Assembly: GCF_963853765.1 (NCBI RefSeq)
Contig: NC_088854.1
Span: forward strand, 44,206,001 to 44,270,000
Direction: 5' to 3'
From: Magallana gigas
Lineage: Eukaryota
DNA: 64,000 bases
The notes beneath the pieces were generated by a model. That model saw only the letters and a program-made list of their open reading frames with translations. It did no database searches and was not told the origin of the DNA. The position numbers were made by a program, and so were the translations under genes. This document shows, in pieces, positions 1 to 10,707 of the stretch. How positions within the stretch are numbered: the first letter of the stretch is position 1; each line of letters begins with the position of its first letter.

Positions 1-246
1 GAATGGGTGACATGTACTTTCACCATGGGTTTTGCTTTCGGTGACTTGTCTACCCTTGCCACATGTGTTGTATTCTACTACAGCGCGCGTAGTGTAGAAT
101 AGTTTTGTTAGGATTTGTACTCTTTAGGTCACTGGGGTGGCTGTTGTCCATTTGACATATATGTATAACTCTGGATATTTTATTTTTCTCAGCATGTAAA
201 ATGTTACATGAATAAATTCTTTAAATTCTAATTATATTAATTACAG

Positions 247-1197
247 ATGGGGGATGATTTTCTGGACTTGTTTGCTGACATCAAAGAAGTAAACGAAGTG
301 TTACGCCAATGCGAAACGGAGTTCCTTGAGGTAAAGTTTTACCCCAGAGGCATGGGTTGTCCTGTGAGTGGATGTAATGGGATACTGTTTCCCACCAAGA
401 CTAAGTTCACTCGACACTGGGAGGAGAGGCACAGGATACAGACAAGGAAGTTTCTGTGCCCGGTGGCTGGTTGTTCGGCAGAGTGCCGCTGCAATTCAGA
501 CATGAAGGCTCACCTGAGGAGCAAGCATGAGAAGGATCCACAACGCCTGGAGACCATATTGCTGAAATGTCAGTCGGTGGTGAGGGAGAATAAGGGTTAC
601 ATCGACCCAGGACTCTTTTTTTTCAAGGGTGCCTCAGTCACTGAGGAGACAAAAACTGTCCTTCCGACAGTGCAGGAGATTGCGGAGACGGTTCAAAGTG
701 ACAAGGACCGGACAGGGAGTGACAATGACCGGACAGGGAGCGATCAGGACCGGACAGAGAGCGACAAGGACCGGACAGGGAGCGACCAGGACCAGATTCT
801 GAGCGACCAGGACCAGATTCTGAGCGACCAGGACCAGCCTTTACTCAAGCGGCAGAGGATTTTGCTGGAGGAGTACCGGGATAGAAGCACTGCCCAGAAG
901 GAAAGTTCAGGGACCTCCATGGCAACCCAGACCTCCTGGAAGGACTATTCAAGCCTGTGTCTCCCTGTCCTGCCAAACACCAGAGAAGAACTACAAAGCT
1001 GTCTGGCGTGGATTTGTAACAGTATGGATCAACTTGGCAGGGCAAGGGAGATCGCGAAGAAGAGACTCACCGACCTAGAGGGAGGAGAACTACATCGTGA
1101 GAGAGAGGCTAGGAGGCTGCTGGAAAAACGAAACAGGGAACTTGAGAAGGAACTACAGAAGCTGAAGGAGAGGGATGCCCTTTTTCTTGAGGAATAG
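247..1197 (+). CDS. 316-aa ORF with two C2H2-type zinc fingers, a 7-aa repeat linker and a C-terminal coiled coil; accessory ORF of an LTR retroelement
   Basis: CPVSGC-x13-H-x4-H and CPVAGC-x12-H-x4-H motifs; charged heptad-like C-terminus (EREARRLLEKRNRELEKELQKLKE); GC-rich island; lies just 5' of a PPT and LTR in the same orientation. Confidence 0.7.
   Translation: MGDDFLDLFADIKEVNEVLRQCETEFLEVKFYPRGMGCPVSGCNGILFPTKTKFTRHWEERHRIQTRKFLCPVAGCSAECRCNSDMKAHLRSKHEKDPQRLETILLKCQSVVRENKGYIDPGLFFFKGASVTEETKTVLPTVQEIAETVQSDKDRTGSDNDRTGSDQDRTESDKDRTGSDQDQILSDQDQILSDQDQPLLKRQRILLEEYRDRSTAQKESSGTSMATQTSWKDYSSLCLPVLPNTREELQSCLAWICNSMDQLGRAREIAKKRLTDLEGGELHREREARRLLEKRNRELEKELQKLKERDALFLEE
697..843 (+). 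repeat. 21-bp coding minisatellite x7 (SDKDRTG/SDQDQIL)
   Basis: Seven consecutive 7-aa units visible in DNA and translation. Confidence 0.9.
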
Positions 1198-1421
1198 ACT
1201 ATAGTGAATTGACTTTAAGTGAAATGAACACTCTATTAAATATTGATTTATTGTTTATGAATTTAATATACATTTCGTTTGTACATGTATAAATATATTT
1301 AATAATTGATATTATAACTTGAAAAATGCTGTTTCTATTGTAATAGTATGTAACGTGTTGATATTTATTGTAATTTAATATTGTCTTTGACTAATGTGGA
1401 ATCCACATTAGATCTTAATTT

Positions 1422-1807
1422 GAGGGAGAGGGAGTGTGGTGGTTTTTCCTTATTTTTATTTTAGACTTATTTCCCTTTAACCCGACCGGGCGTGGTATGC
1501 GCGTGCCGGGACTATAGAGCCCGACCGGTCGGGGTGTTTTAGTCAGTCTTTAACTTTATTATATCAGATACAGACGCACTTTCGGGGATTAGGGCTCAAT
1601 TTCATATTCAACTATTAATTACGGTAAATATCACACTCCCTTTGATTTTTATATGATACTGTTTCATACCTGTTACGTTTATATATGTTTATGTCTGTTA
1701 TTTATTACAGAATATAGTTTCTAAACACTGAATATATACTCGTTATCCTTTTGAATCCGAATCACATACATATGTACGGGACTTAACCCCTAGACGGTCC
1801 CGTTACA
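1422..1807 (+). mobile_element. Polypurine tract (1422-1434) plus putative 3' LTR (1435-1807) of an LTR retrotransposon; 5' part lies outside the window
   Basis: GAGGGAGAGGGAG directly abuts TGTGGT...; segment ends ...CGTTACA (TGT...ACA); sequence after 1807 (GTATGAACGATAGC) resumes the gene-flank module seen as TTGTATAAACGATGGC in the other units. Confidence 0.65.
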
Positions 1808-2077
1808 GTATGAACGATAGCTTTAACTTCGAGTTGAAACATTTTAGCATCTTTAACAAATAGTCTATGAGTTACCTATTCTAGCTACATTCAAAGTGTG
1901 CGTTCACGCTTTGAAGGACGGTAAGTGTACTGATATACTAATTATTTTAAAGAAAATAATAAATGGTAAAATCTCGAGGTTTTCAGAAAAAAATATTCTC
2001 AGTGGCTGATATTAGCAATTTCAATTCTAGAATCCAAAAATAAGCCTTATAATCCACTTTACAAAGTAGAAAAAGTA

Positions 2078-2080
<3 letters not shown>

Positions 2081-2140
<60 letters not shown>
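2081..2140. repeat. (AT)n microsatellite
   Basis: Direct reading; absent at the equivalent site in units 2-4. Confidence 0.95.
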
Positions 2141-2143
<3 letters not shown>

Positions 2144-3343
2144 ATCAAAGTTGCAATTCTGAACGAACAAAATGGTCCTTACAAATCAAGTCTTTATACA
2201 TGTATGAAACTGGATTTCAAAAGGTAGAATTACAAGCAAAAATATTACGCTTGCTAATGAAATTGAGCACTTTACTTATCAGGAAAATAGTATATATCAT
2301 AATCCTTTATGATATTTGATTCTGACCAAATTAAAAAAAACTTTTTTCACAACAAGATTCAGCTTTTTGTTCTTATAATTTTGGATCGTCATAACAGATA
2401 AAAATACGTCTTCTATAATGATTTCAAAACGTTCGTTACTAAATATTGATGTATCATATTAGATTATATATGGTGTAGCTTATAAAGAAACTGTAGACAT
2501 AGTGCTCCATAATGACTTAGGTTATCGAAAATCTCGCTTGAAAATATAAACTAAGGCTGATATGACGATGCATTGAATGACGACTATATTTGATGTACAT
2601 GTAGCAGTTTAAAAGCTTGAATCAGGGGATGCTGTCTATAAAAAGAAGCGTTTGAATTGGCTGATTTGGTATCTACCTACTCTTACTCTGTATTCATTTG
2701 ATATTAATATTTTTTATTCAGAAACTGCATAGCTAAATACATGTTCCCTGCATCAGGACTTCAAAAACTAATCACCCGATTGTTTAATATTGTAAAGAAA
2801 AATATCAAGTGCCTCATTTCATTTTTCAGCAAAGTTCTTCATTGATAAAACGCATCAATTTCTTTTGATGCAGTATCTATTTTGTTGCAGTTTATTCTAA
2901 AGAATTCACAATAGATTCACAACAGATACTAACTGTAAAAGTACAGAAACTTTATTTTATTGAACTTCATTTAATCAATGGCAGGCTCACTTGGCAATTA
3001 ATATTTGGGACTGTTTCGTAACGCACTATGTCTTTCGCCTCTAAATTCACCAAACAATATATACCACTGATGTCAATGTTTAACTTGCTGCTGACTTTTA
3101 AACACGCTAACCGACCGGCAATCGATTTTTGGAAGGCAGTTTGCAATTCGCTATTTGCAATTTAAAAGTGAACTGCATTCCACAACGCAGTTCCCAATTC
3201 AAAATTTATATTTCAAATTTTGGGTCTGAAATATTCAGCGTCGTATACAAGTGGTGTACCACTACCACTGTAGAAATATATTGAAGTGGCTACATCTTTT
3301 AAAAAAAAAAACAAATCAGCAAATATATTTGATATACACAATT

Positions 3344-4194
3344 TTAATTCAATTTCAAAGCAGGGATATTTTTACAGAAATGTGAGAGTCCTGCACTCAT
3401 GGTGGTGAGATCCTGAGCGGTGATAGCGACTGTAGGACTGTTAGTGTCGATCAAATCAATGATGGACTTCTACAAGAACAGACAAATATCACATTAAATA
3501 ATGATTAAATAATTAGAATTGAGGAAATCTTCAACAGTTCCATGGATTTGTTTGAGGATATAGTACTGTAAAGGATTGAAGATCATACCTCGATGGCATG
3601 GAGTCCTGTTGTGGTATGTACACTTGTTTGTTGATCAGCTGTGAGCATGTATAGGTAGCAATGACGCTGTGTCTTAACGACCAACGTGTGCTATAATGGA
3701 ATGTAACAAAAGTACATTAACTATTGGAATTCAAAGACAAAATTAATTCATTACTACGTACATTGTAGGGACATTAAAACAAATGATATCTCTTTTTTTT
3801 TACTGTAAAGAAATACTTTTTTTAAAGTTTAAAGAGGAATCAAATCAAATAGATAAGTAAACTTCACAAGAATTACCGAATGAGCATCATAGTGGAACAG
3901 AAAACTTTCGTTCACATTTGGTTCATGTGTAGGTCCAGTATGATGTCCATGTACATGTGTGTTATGTGGATGATGATGACCATGATGTGCAGTTGTGGTC
4001 ATACCAACAGCCTATTTCAAAAACAACATAATATTTTTCATGATATCATTGGCATGGTTATAATATCTCATTATGATTTGAAGTAACTGGCATCTATCTG
4101 GTGTATTTTTCTTTTTATGCCGTTATTGTTCTTCACACATCAACTTACATTCATTTTATCAAAATGTACGAAACACAAAGTTAAAAGGTAAGAG

Positions 4195-4255
<61 letters not shown>

Positions 4256-4300
4256 TCTTACCACAGACACAGTACTAATCAAGAAAACAGCGGAGAACAT
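3344..4300 (-). CDS. Secreted His-rich BRICHOS-like protein, paralog A1 (133 aa)
   Basis: complement(join(3344..3469,3589..3690,3877..4011,4262..4300)); all GT-AG, phase 0; MFSAVFLISTVSV/AVGMTTTAHHGHHHPHNTHVHGHHTGPTHEPNVNESFLFHYDAHS/HTLVVKTQRHCYLYMLTADQQTSVHTTTGLHAIE/KSIIDLIDTNSPTVAITAQDLTTMSAGLSHFCKNIPALKLN*. Confidence refers to the gene model; the BRICHOS label is less certain. Confidence 0.9.
4200..4252. repeat. (GA)n microsatellite in intron 1 of A genes (also about 15025-15085, 24966-25023, 34969-35055)
   Basis: Direct reading; length and purity differ per copy. Confidence 0.95.
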
Positions 4301-4355
4301 TATTCTATGAAGTGTCGGTTCAAATTGCGATTGTTGAAAAAAGAGCAGTCATTTG

Positions 4356-4363
4356 CTTATATA
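4356..4363 (-). promoter_or_regulatory. Putative TATA box of A1 (TATATAAG); equivalents at A2 15197-15204, B1 8990-8996 (TATAAAA), C 50692-50699 (CATAAAAG)
   Basis: Located about 55-75 nt upstream of the ATG in all three paralog types although flanking bases differ. Confidence 0.55.
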
Positions 4364-5739
4364 TGCAAAAGTACTCTCTGTTATCTCGATTTTGGCACGA
4401 TACTGTATTAAAAGTATACCATATACATTTCTTTGGGCTACGTAGTGCGTACTGAAGCACATGAAACGTGAACGAACTATTAGATCTAATGTCAAGGTTC
4501 ACATAGTCTAACATCAGATTCACGTTTCAGTGTATTATAGTACTGGTGTCTTATATTCCAATGTTTTGTTTATTTTCGATTTACTACTGTGTATGTATTT
4601 CAGAATAATTAATTTTAATATTACTCTTTGAATGATGTTTTATGGCAAATGATTATTCAGGACAGAATCATTGTGACATAGGAACGCTGTTTGCTTGATT
4701 CTGAAATCCATGACATATGTAGTAACTTGCATTTCTTGAGCTTGCAGTTTTAAAAAAATCCATCAATGTAATTATTTTAATTTTTCTGTGTCCCTGATAG
4801 ATGGAAAGCTTAAAGGCTCAGTACCGATATTCTATTGCTATTATCTATGTTACCTTTATGTAAATACGCTATCCTTCAATGCAAATCAGATAAATGTTAA
4901 CATGCAATAAAATCTTCAGAATCTGTATTAAATTAATTCATTTGTTTATCATTTGTATATCATCGTTTGTTTTACCTATCGAATTTGGTATATTATTCTT
5001 TCATAATTTTTACTTTTTTGCGACATTTGTACTTACATTTTTCGATATGTATGATTATGAACTTTATAAATATCACAGAGGGTGCTCGCCACCTCGAAAA
5101 TTTTGTAACATTCACTGATACAACTCTGTATCATCAATCATGTACCAGAGAATTAACTAATTACAGTTTTTGTCTCGAATCTTCAAGTACAGTATAAATG
5201 CACTCAATATTGATAATGTATGCATTTTAGCAAACGCAATGTAAAATGAATTGTATGTTCTATGGTATCAGAGACATAAATAACATATATAATCTCTGAT
5301 GGTATGGTCTATGTCTATATGCCGGCATATACAGATAGCTTAAATTGTTAGCACGTATTTTGATTTTCCATTGCTTTATTTCAGCAAACGTCAAAATAAA
5401 CACTCAGGTAAATTACATAAGAGACGTGATATTTGTATAAAGAATATAATTTGGAACTATTTTTTTACGTGCTGCTAATTTTTACGAGTTTTTGTAAATA
5501 TTAATGCAGCAATTAATTTATCAAATCAAGCTGAGAAGAAAGGAAAAAAATCATTAATCGTGCTTTGGTCACTACATTGTATAAACGATGGCTTTAACTT
5601 CAAGTTGAAAAATTTTAGCATCTTTAATAAAAGTAAATAATCTATGAATTATATACTTATACTACATATAGGTACATTAAAAGTGTGCGTTCAAGCTTTG
5701 GAGTACACATAACTTGTACTGATGTACTTATCACTTTAT

Positions 5740-6092
5740 TAAGAAATAAACAGCAATTTAAAAAGTTCACCGGGATATGAAGTTGGTTGGTCACGTGATC
5801 AAATCCTGTGAAACCCGAAGGGCTTCTCGGTAGATTTGATCACGTACCAACCAACTTCATATCCCGGTGAACTTTTTAACATTGCTGTTTATTACTTATA
5901 TTTACGTTTGAAAAAGACAAATCGCCAAGAACTGTTAAAATTATCGAGAATTTTTGTTTATAATAATCTAAGCGAAAACGGTAAGCGCGTGCTATGATCA
6001 TTGTGACGTCATGAAAAAGTTCATACAGAATTGAAAGTTTTCACTATTCTATAGGTTCATCTAAGGAAGCACATTTGCAAATGTAAATATAA
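5740..6092. mobile_element. ~350-bp non-autonomous element with a long internal hairpin (5746-5892); copies at about 16563-16916, 26544-26896, 36784-37136
   Basis: Near-perfect ~60-bp arms (ATAAACAGCAAT...GATCAAATC / GATTTGATC...ATTGCTGTTTAT); absent from the homologous A flank, which reads TTAAAGAAAATAAAAACT. Confidence 0.7.
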
Positions 6093-6465
6093 GAAAATAA
6101 AAACTAGTAGAATCTTGAGATGTTTAGGAGATGTTTAGGAAAGTCCAATCACTGAGTGATAATAACAATTTCAATTCTCGAATCCAAAAACAAGTATTAC
6201 GCCTGCATTACAAAGTAAAAAAAACACAAATATTTCTTTTTTTATTTGTTATATAAAGTACTGTATATAAATAAGATCAAAGTTACAATGCAAAAGGTAG
6301 AATTACAGACAAAAATATTACGCTTGCTAATGAAATTTTCATATCATCAAAATAGTATATATCTTATTTTTTAATGATATTTGATTCTGATCAACAAAAA
6401 AACGTAACTTTAAACTTTTTTGTAACTTTGGATCGTCATAACAGATAAAAATAAGTCTTTTATTA

Positions 6466-6980
6466 AAGCATTGAATGCTTATTTTTGAATGATAACGCGC
6501 GGTATTCAAGTCCTCTACACCGCTTGGTTTTACGACGACATCCAAAAATAAGAATTCAGTGCTTATATTTATATTCATACTTATGTCTATTTATATGAAA
6601 TATATGTGTATTGTAACTGTAAAGCCATCATATACGCTATCAGTCAGGAATAAAAAACAGATACATGGAACAGCTATACTATCATGCTATTTAGTTTGCT
6701 TCCGCGACTAAAAATATAGTGCCAGAAACTTTGTAGAGAAAATTCTTCTTTATTATGGAGTAGATATAATTATATAATTTAATGATTATTTTTCAAAAGT
6801 ACTATCAAACTGATTATGTTAGATTGAACGTTTCATTCAATCTTACAAAAATAAATATAGTCAAAACACGAGAAGGCGTTAATTTGTGCACATGGCGCAT
6901 GAATTATCAAAGTGTATTCATAGAAAATTTCCAATGCAAACATAAGGGGAAATATACACTGAACGTAAATATAAATATCT
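6466..6980. mobile_element. B-flank-specific ~0.5-kb insertion starting with a ~100-bp foldback (6466-6564); present in all four units
   Basis: AAGCATTGAATGCTTATTTTTGAATG vs CATCCAAAAATAAGAATTCAGTGCTT (23/26 complementary); absent from the A flank; right boundary approximate. Confidence 0.5.
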
Positions 6981-7855
6981 TAAAACGTGTGTTACTCAAA
7001 ATTAATGCATCATAGATAATTTGTGGTGAAGCTTATAAGGAACTGTAGACATTGTGTTTTATTATGACTTATGTCATTGAAAATTTTGCTTGAAAGTATA
7101 CAATAAGGCCGATATGACGATATACTGAGTGACGACTATATTTAATAAAATGTTAACAGTTTAACAGCTTGAATCAGGGGATGCAGTTTATAAAAGAAGC
7201 GTTTTAGTTGGCTGATTTGGTATCCGCCTACTCTTACGCGGTATTTATATGATATATAATTTTTTTAAAAAGTGGCAAGCTAAATACCTGTTCCCTACTA
7301 CCGCAGATGTTTAATAGTGTAAAGAAAAAATACCAAGTGCCTCATTTTATTTTTCAGCAAAGTTCTTCATTGATATACATGTAACGCATCAATTTTATTT
7401 GAGGCAGTGCTTATTTTGTTGCAGTTTATTCTTAAGAATACACAACAGATTAACAACTGATACTAACTGTATATAGTACAGAAATTTTTATTTTATTTTG
7501 AACTACAATCGATCAATGGCACGCTTGGCAATTTTTGCAACTATTCCGTAATTCATTATATCTGTAGGAACATTTTTTCGCTCTAAATTCACCAAACAAT
7601 ATATACTACTGATGTTGATGTTTAATTTGCCGCTGACTTTCAAACACGCTAACCGACCAACAATCAATTTTTGGAACGCAGTTTGCGATTTGCTTTTTAC
7701 AATTTAAAAGTGAACTGCATTCTATAACACAATTCGCAATTCAAAATTAATTTATCAAATTTTGGGCCTGAAATTTTCAGCGTCATCTACTAATGGTATA
7801 CCACTACCACTGTGAAAATATGGTGAAGTGGCCACATTTTTAACAAAACCAACAA

Positions 7856-7917
7856 ATCAGCAAAGGTATTTGATATACACAATTTTATCAGCAAAGTTAT
7901 TTGATATACACAATTTT
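7856..7917. repeat. 31-bp tandem duplication at the start of the 3' UTR of all B genes
   Basis: ATCAGCAAAGGTATTTGATATACACAATTTT x2 in B copies, single in A copies. Confidence 0.85.
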
Positions 7918-8934
7918 AATTCAATTTCAAAGCAGGCAGTTGTCTACAGAAATGTGAAAGTTTTGCACTCATGGTGGTGAGATCCTGAGCTGTTACAGCG
8001 ACTGTAGGACTGTTAGTGTCGATCATATCAATGATAGACTTCTACAAGAACATAGCAATCAACAAATAAATGAATAATAATTGTTTTTGGGGGGACGCTG
8101 TCTGAGCATGATGAAAATCACTAAATATTCATTTGTAACCGGTCGTGAAGATTTGCATATAGCGTTACAGAAATGTTCATGTTTTTAATGCATTCATAGG
8201 ATTTAAATCATAACCATGAAAAGAATGACGCGTGTCGGAAATACCAATATCATATGGATGAAATTGATTTAAGATGATACCTCGATAGCATGGAGTCCTG
8301 TTGAGGTATGTACACTTGTTTGTTGATCAGCTGTGAGCATGTATAGGTAACAATGGCGATTGGTTCTCACGGCCAAAGTGTGCTAAAAAATTTAACAAAT
8401 GCATTATCTAACAAAGTGCATATAAACCGAGTGCTCATTTAGTTTTAATTTCAACTTAATTCGCATCATAAACTTAAAGAAATTTTGAAGATAGAACTGA
8501 CGGAAATCTTCAAAACAGTTTGGATTTTCTGAAAGGTTGAATCTCTTAAGAAACAGATCTTTAAATTCAAATTCAATGGATATATAGTAAGTATTATTAT
8601 CAAATACCGTCATGGCATCATAGTGGAACACAAAAGATTCACCGATGCTTGGTTCATGAGTAGGTTTTGAATGGTGTCCATGCAGGTGCGTGTGATGTGA
8701 ATGGTGGTGACCATGTTGAGCAGTTGTGGTCATACCAACTGCCTATAGCAAAAACAAAATTGCATAGTACATGTATATTAAACCATGCGAGGTGAAAATT
8801 TTATTGATAGCGATAAGACAAGATTTAAGGTATTTGTATTTTATAAAGAGCCAGAAAAAGAGAGAGAACATTTTATTAATATCTTCACTTACCAGAGACA
8901 CAGTGCTAATCAGGAAAACAGCCGAGAACAACAT
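7916..8934 (-). CDS. Secreted His-rich BRICHOS-like protein, paralog B1 (134 aa)
   Basis: complement(join(7916..8041,8281..8382,8608..8742,8893..8934)); MLFSAVFLISTVSL/AVGMTTTAQHGHHHSHHTHLHGHHSKPTHEPSIGESFVFHYDAMT/HTLAVRTNRHCYLYMLTADQQTSVHTSTGLHAIE/KSIIDMIDTNSPTVAVTAQDLTTMSAKLSHFCRQLPALKLN*. Confidence 0.9.
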
Positions 8935-9770
8935 TTTTCGATATATAAGTCGAATTGAAGGTTCTGTACTTCTGGCAACATCTCTCTGCTTTTATAGCTA
9001 AGTTATCCTGCCTTATCTCTCTTCTACCAAGAACCTGTATTTAGAGTATATCGTATTTATTTCTGCTGGTTAATATGGTGAGTACATGATCTGAAATTTA
9101 CGAAACATGAACTTATTTAACTAGGTAAATGGGTCAACCTTTAGCTTCACGTTTCGTCGTAAGTATACGTTGATTTTTATACACAAAATGAATTTTCTGT
9201 AAATATCAAATGTGATGTATTTGAGAGAAAATAAAAACTTACATTATTTAGTTTACTATTTCTATTTCACGGGTAAAGTAAAATAAGTCATTACGTTTTT
9301 CAGATTAAGATGGAATAACACACATGAAATAAAGTCACTCAAAGTTATAGTAAATTATTTTATTTTACAGATATAATGATAAATAAACTGAACATATGTC
9401 AAATAAGCGAAAAATTTGCAGTTTGGGGATAAAAAAAATAAGATAAAAAAAACTGCAATAATTAAGTAACAACAAATGCCCATACGGGGCATTTTAATGA
9501 TTGGTCAGAATGTTAGAAGTTAAGTAAAAAACGAAATACAGAGGTCCGAATTCACTGCTATTTAGTCCGAGCATTTGTTTTTGGTATAAATAATGTATTG
9601 TGAAGAAATTGTCATTATATTTTAGCAAACTGACTTGTTGCAAACATTTAAACTATAATATCATATCTATATTATAATCATCAACAAACTAAGGCACGAT
9701 TTGACTGAAACTAATACCAAAACAAACACATGTAAACAATAACAAGACTCGAATTATGTTAACAATACAA

Positions 9771-10707
9771 AGAAACTGGGCGCACAAGATAGTGAGTTTG
9801 CAGGAACCATCGACACGAACCAATTGGGGTTTAAATGTCTATATCCTCGAAATGCTATGTACAGGTTTGAACAAAAATTGATTACTCAAACTATATTGTG
9901 TTGAGAGAGTTTAAGTGCAAGTCTATGCTTTCTGAAAAGGGAAATGAGGGGTAAACCGATAAAACTTTATATTGGAAATTTTAATACACATGCATATATA
10001 TTTTAATTGAATTATACTGTATATCATAATAAACTAGTAATAAGAACAGAAAATAGTGTTCATACGGTAGAAATCAATAACGACTAATCAAAATATACCG
10101 GTATCCTAGTATAATTCAACATAATGTCATATCAACATACATTTTAAAAAAAAGTTTAAAAAAAAGTTAATTTGAGTCTCGAGCAGGATTTGAACCCAAA
10201 ACACTGCGTGAATGTCTTCAAAATCCAGACCGAAACCAGTGAGCCATGCGAGACTTTGAAAATTGCGGTATAAAGTAGTGTTGGAGACAATATTGTCATA
10301 TCTTTGGACTTTGTTTTATTATCTTCCAAAAATATTTTGAAAAGGTATATAATTAGTCATCTCTGGGTCATCTCTCCATCTTTTTTTAAAAAGCGACGTT
10401 TTTAATGTTGAATTAAGTCATCTTTACAAGTTTAAAATTTGTGGAGAGAAGACCCAGAGACATCAGAATCATTTAAAAACAGCTGTAAATAAGTACGATT
10501 TTGCATCAATTCCGCCGTGTTGCTATATTTAGGCCCATATTATGACAAAACCTTTTGCATTTCAAACATTTTTCTGCCCATTCTACGTCCAACAGAAACC
10601 AAATAACGGTTATTATTCGGAAAATGTCAAAAATTAATCAATGAAATTTTCACTATTCTTGTGCGCCCAGATTCCTGCCGAATCCACATCTTAAGCGCCC
10701 ACTTTCT
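9771..10707. mobile_element. 937-bp Kolobok-like non-autonomous DNA transposon, unit 1 only
   Basis: TIRs AGAAACTGGGCGCACAAGA / TCTTAAGCGCCCACTTTCT; TTAA on the right, left TSD damaged; empty site AATACAAATTTAAAGAGC in units 2-4. Confidence 0.75.
10176..10254 (-). other. Degenerate tRNA-like sequence inside the Kolobok-like element
   Basis: A box TGGCTCACTGG, B box GGGTTCAAATCC, GTCTCG/CGAGAC acceptor-like stem; D and anticodon stems broken. Confidence 0.5.

Noticed and set aside
3880-4086. Met-rich plus-strand ORF
   Set aside because: Antisense shadow of His codons (CAT/CAC read as ATG/GTG) in A1 exon 2
4320-5197. Recurring 60-100 aa ORFs in A upstream regions and flanks (MNLML..., MLTCNK..., MIIFQK..., MAINIW...)
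   Set aside because: AT-rich noncoding composition; lengths and frames change between copies
5199-5205. Metal-response-element core TGCACTC upstream of A1 (also A4)
   Set aside because: 7-mer expected by chance; lost in A2 and A3 and not clustered as in metallothionein promoters
8404-8733. 109-aa ORF MTTTAQHGHHH... (and copies at 19272, 29256) as a single-exon gene
   Set aside because: It is exon 2 read through into intron 2; a GT donor after ...DAMT and conserved exons 1, 3 and 4 define the real gene
10176-10254. Functional tRNA gene
   Set aside because: D and anticodon stems do not pair; embedded in a transposon
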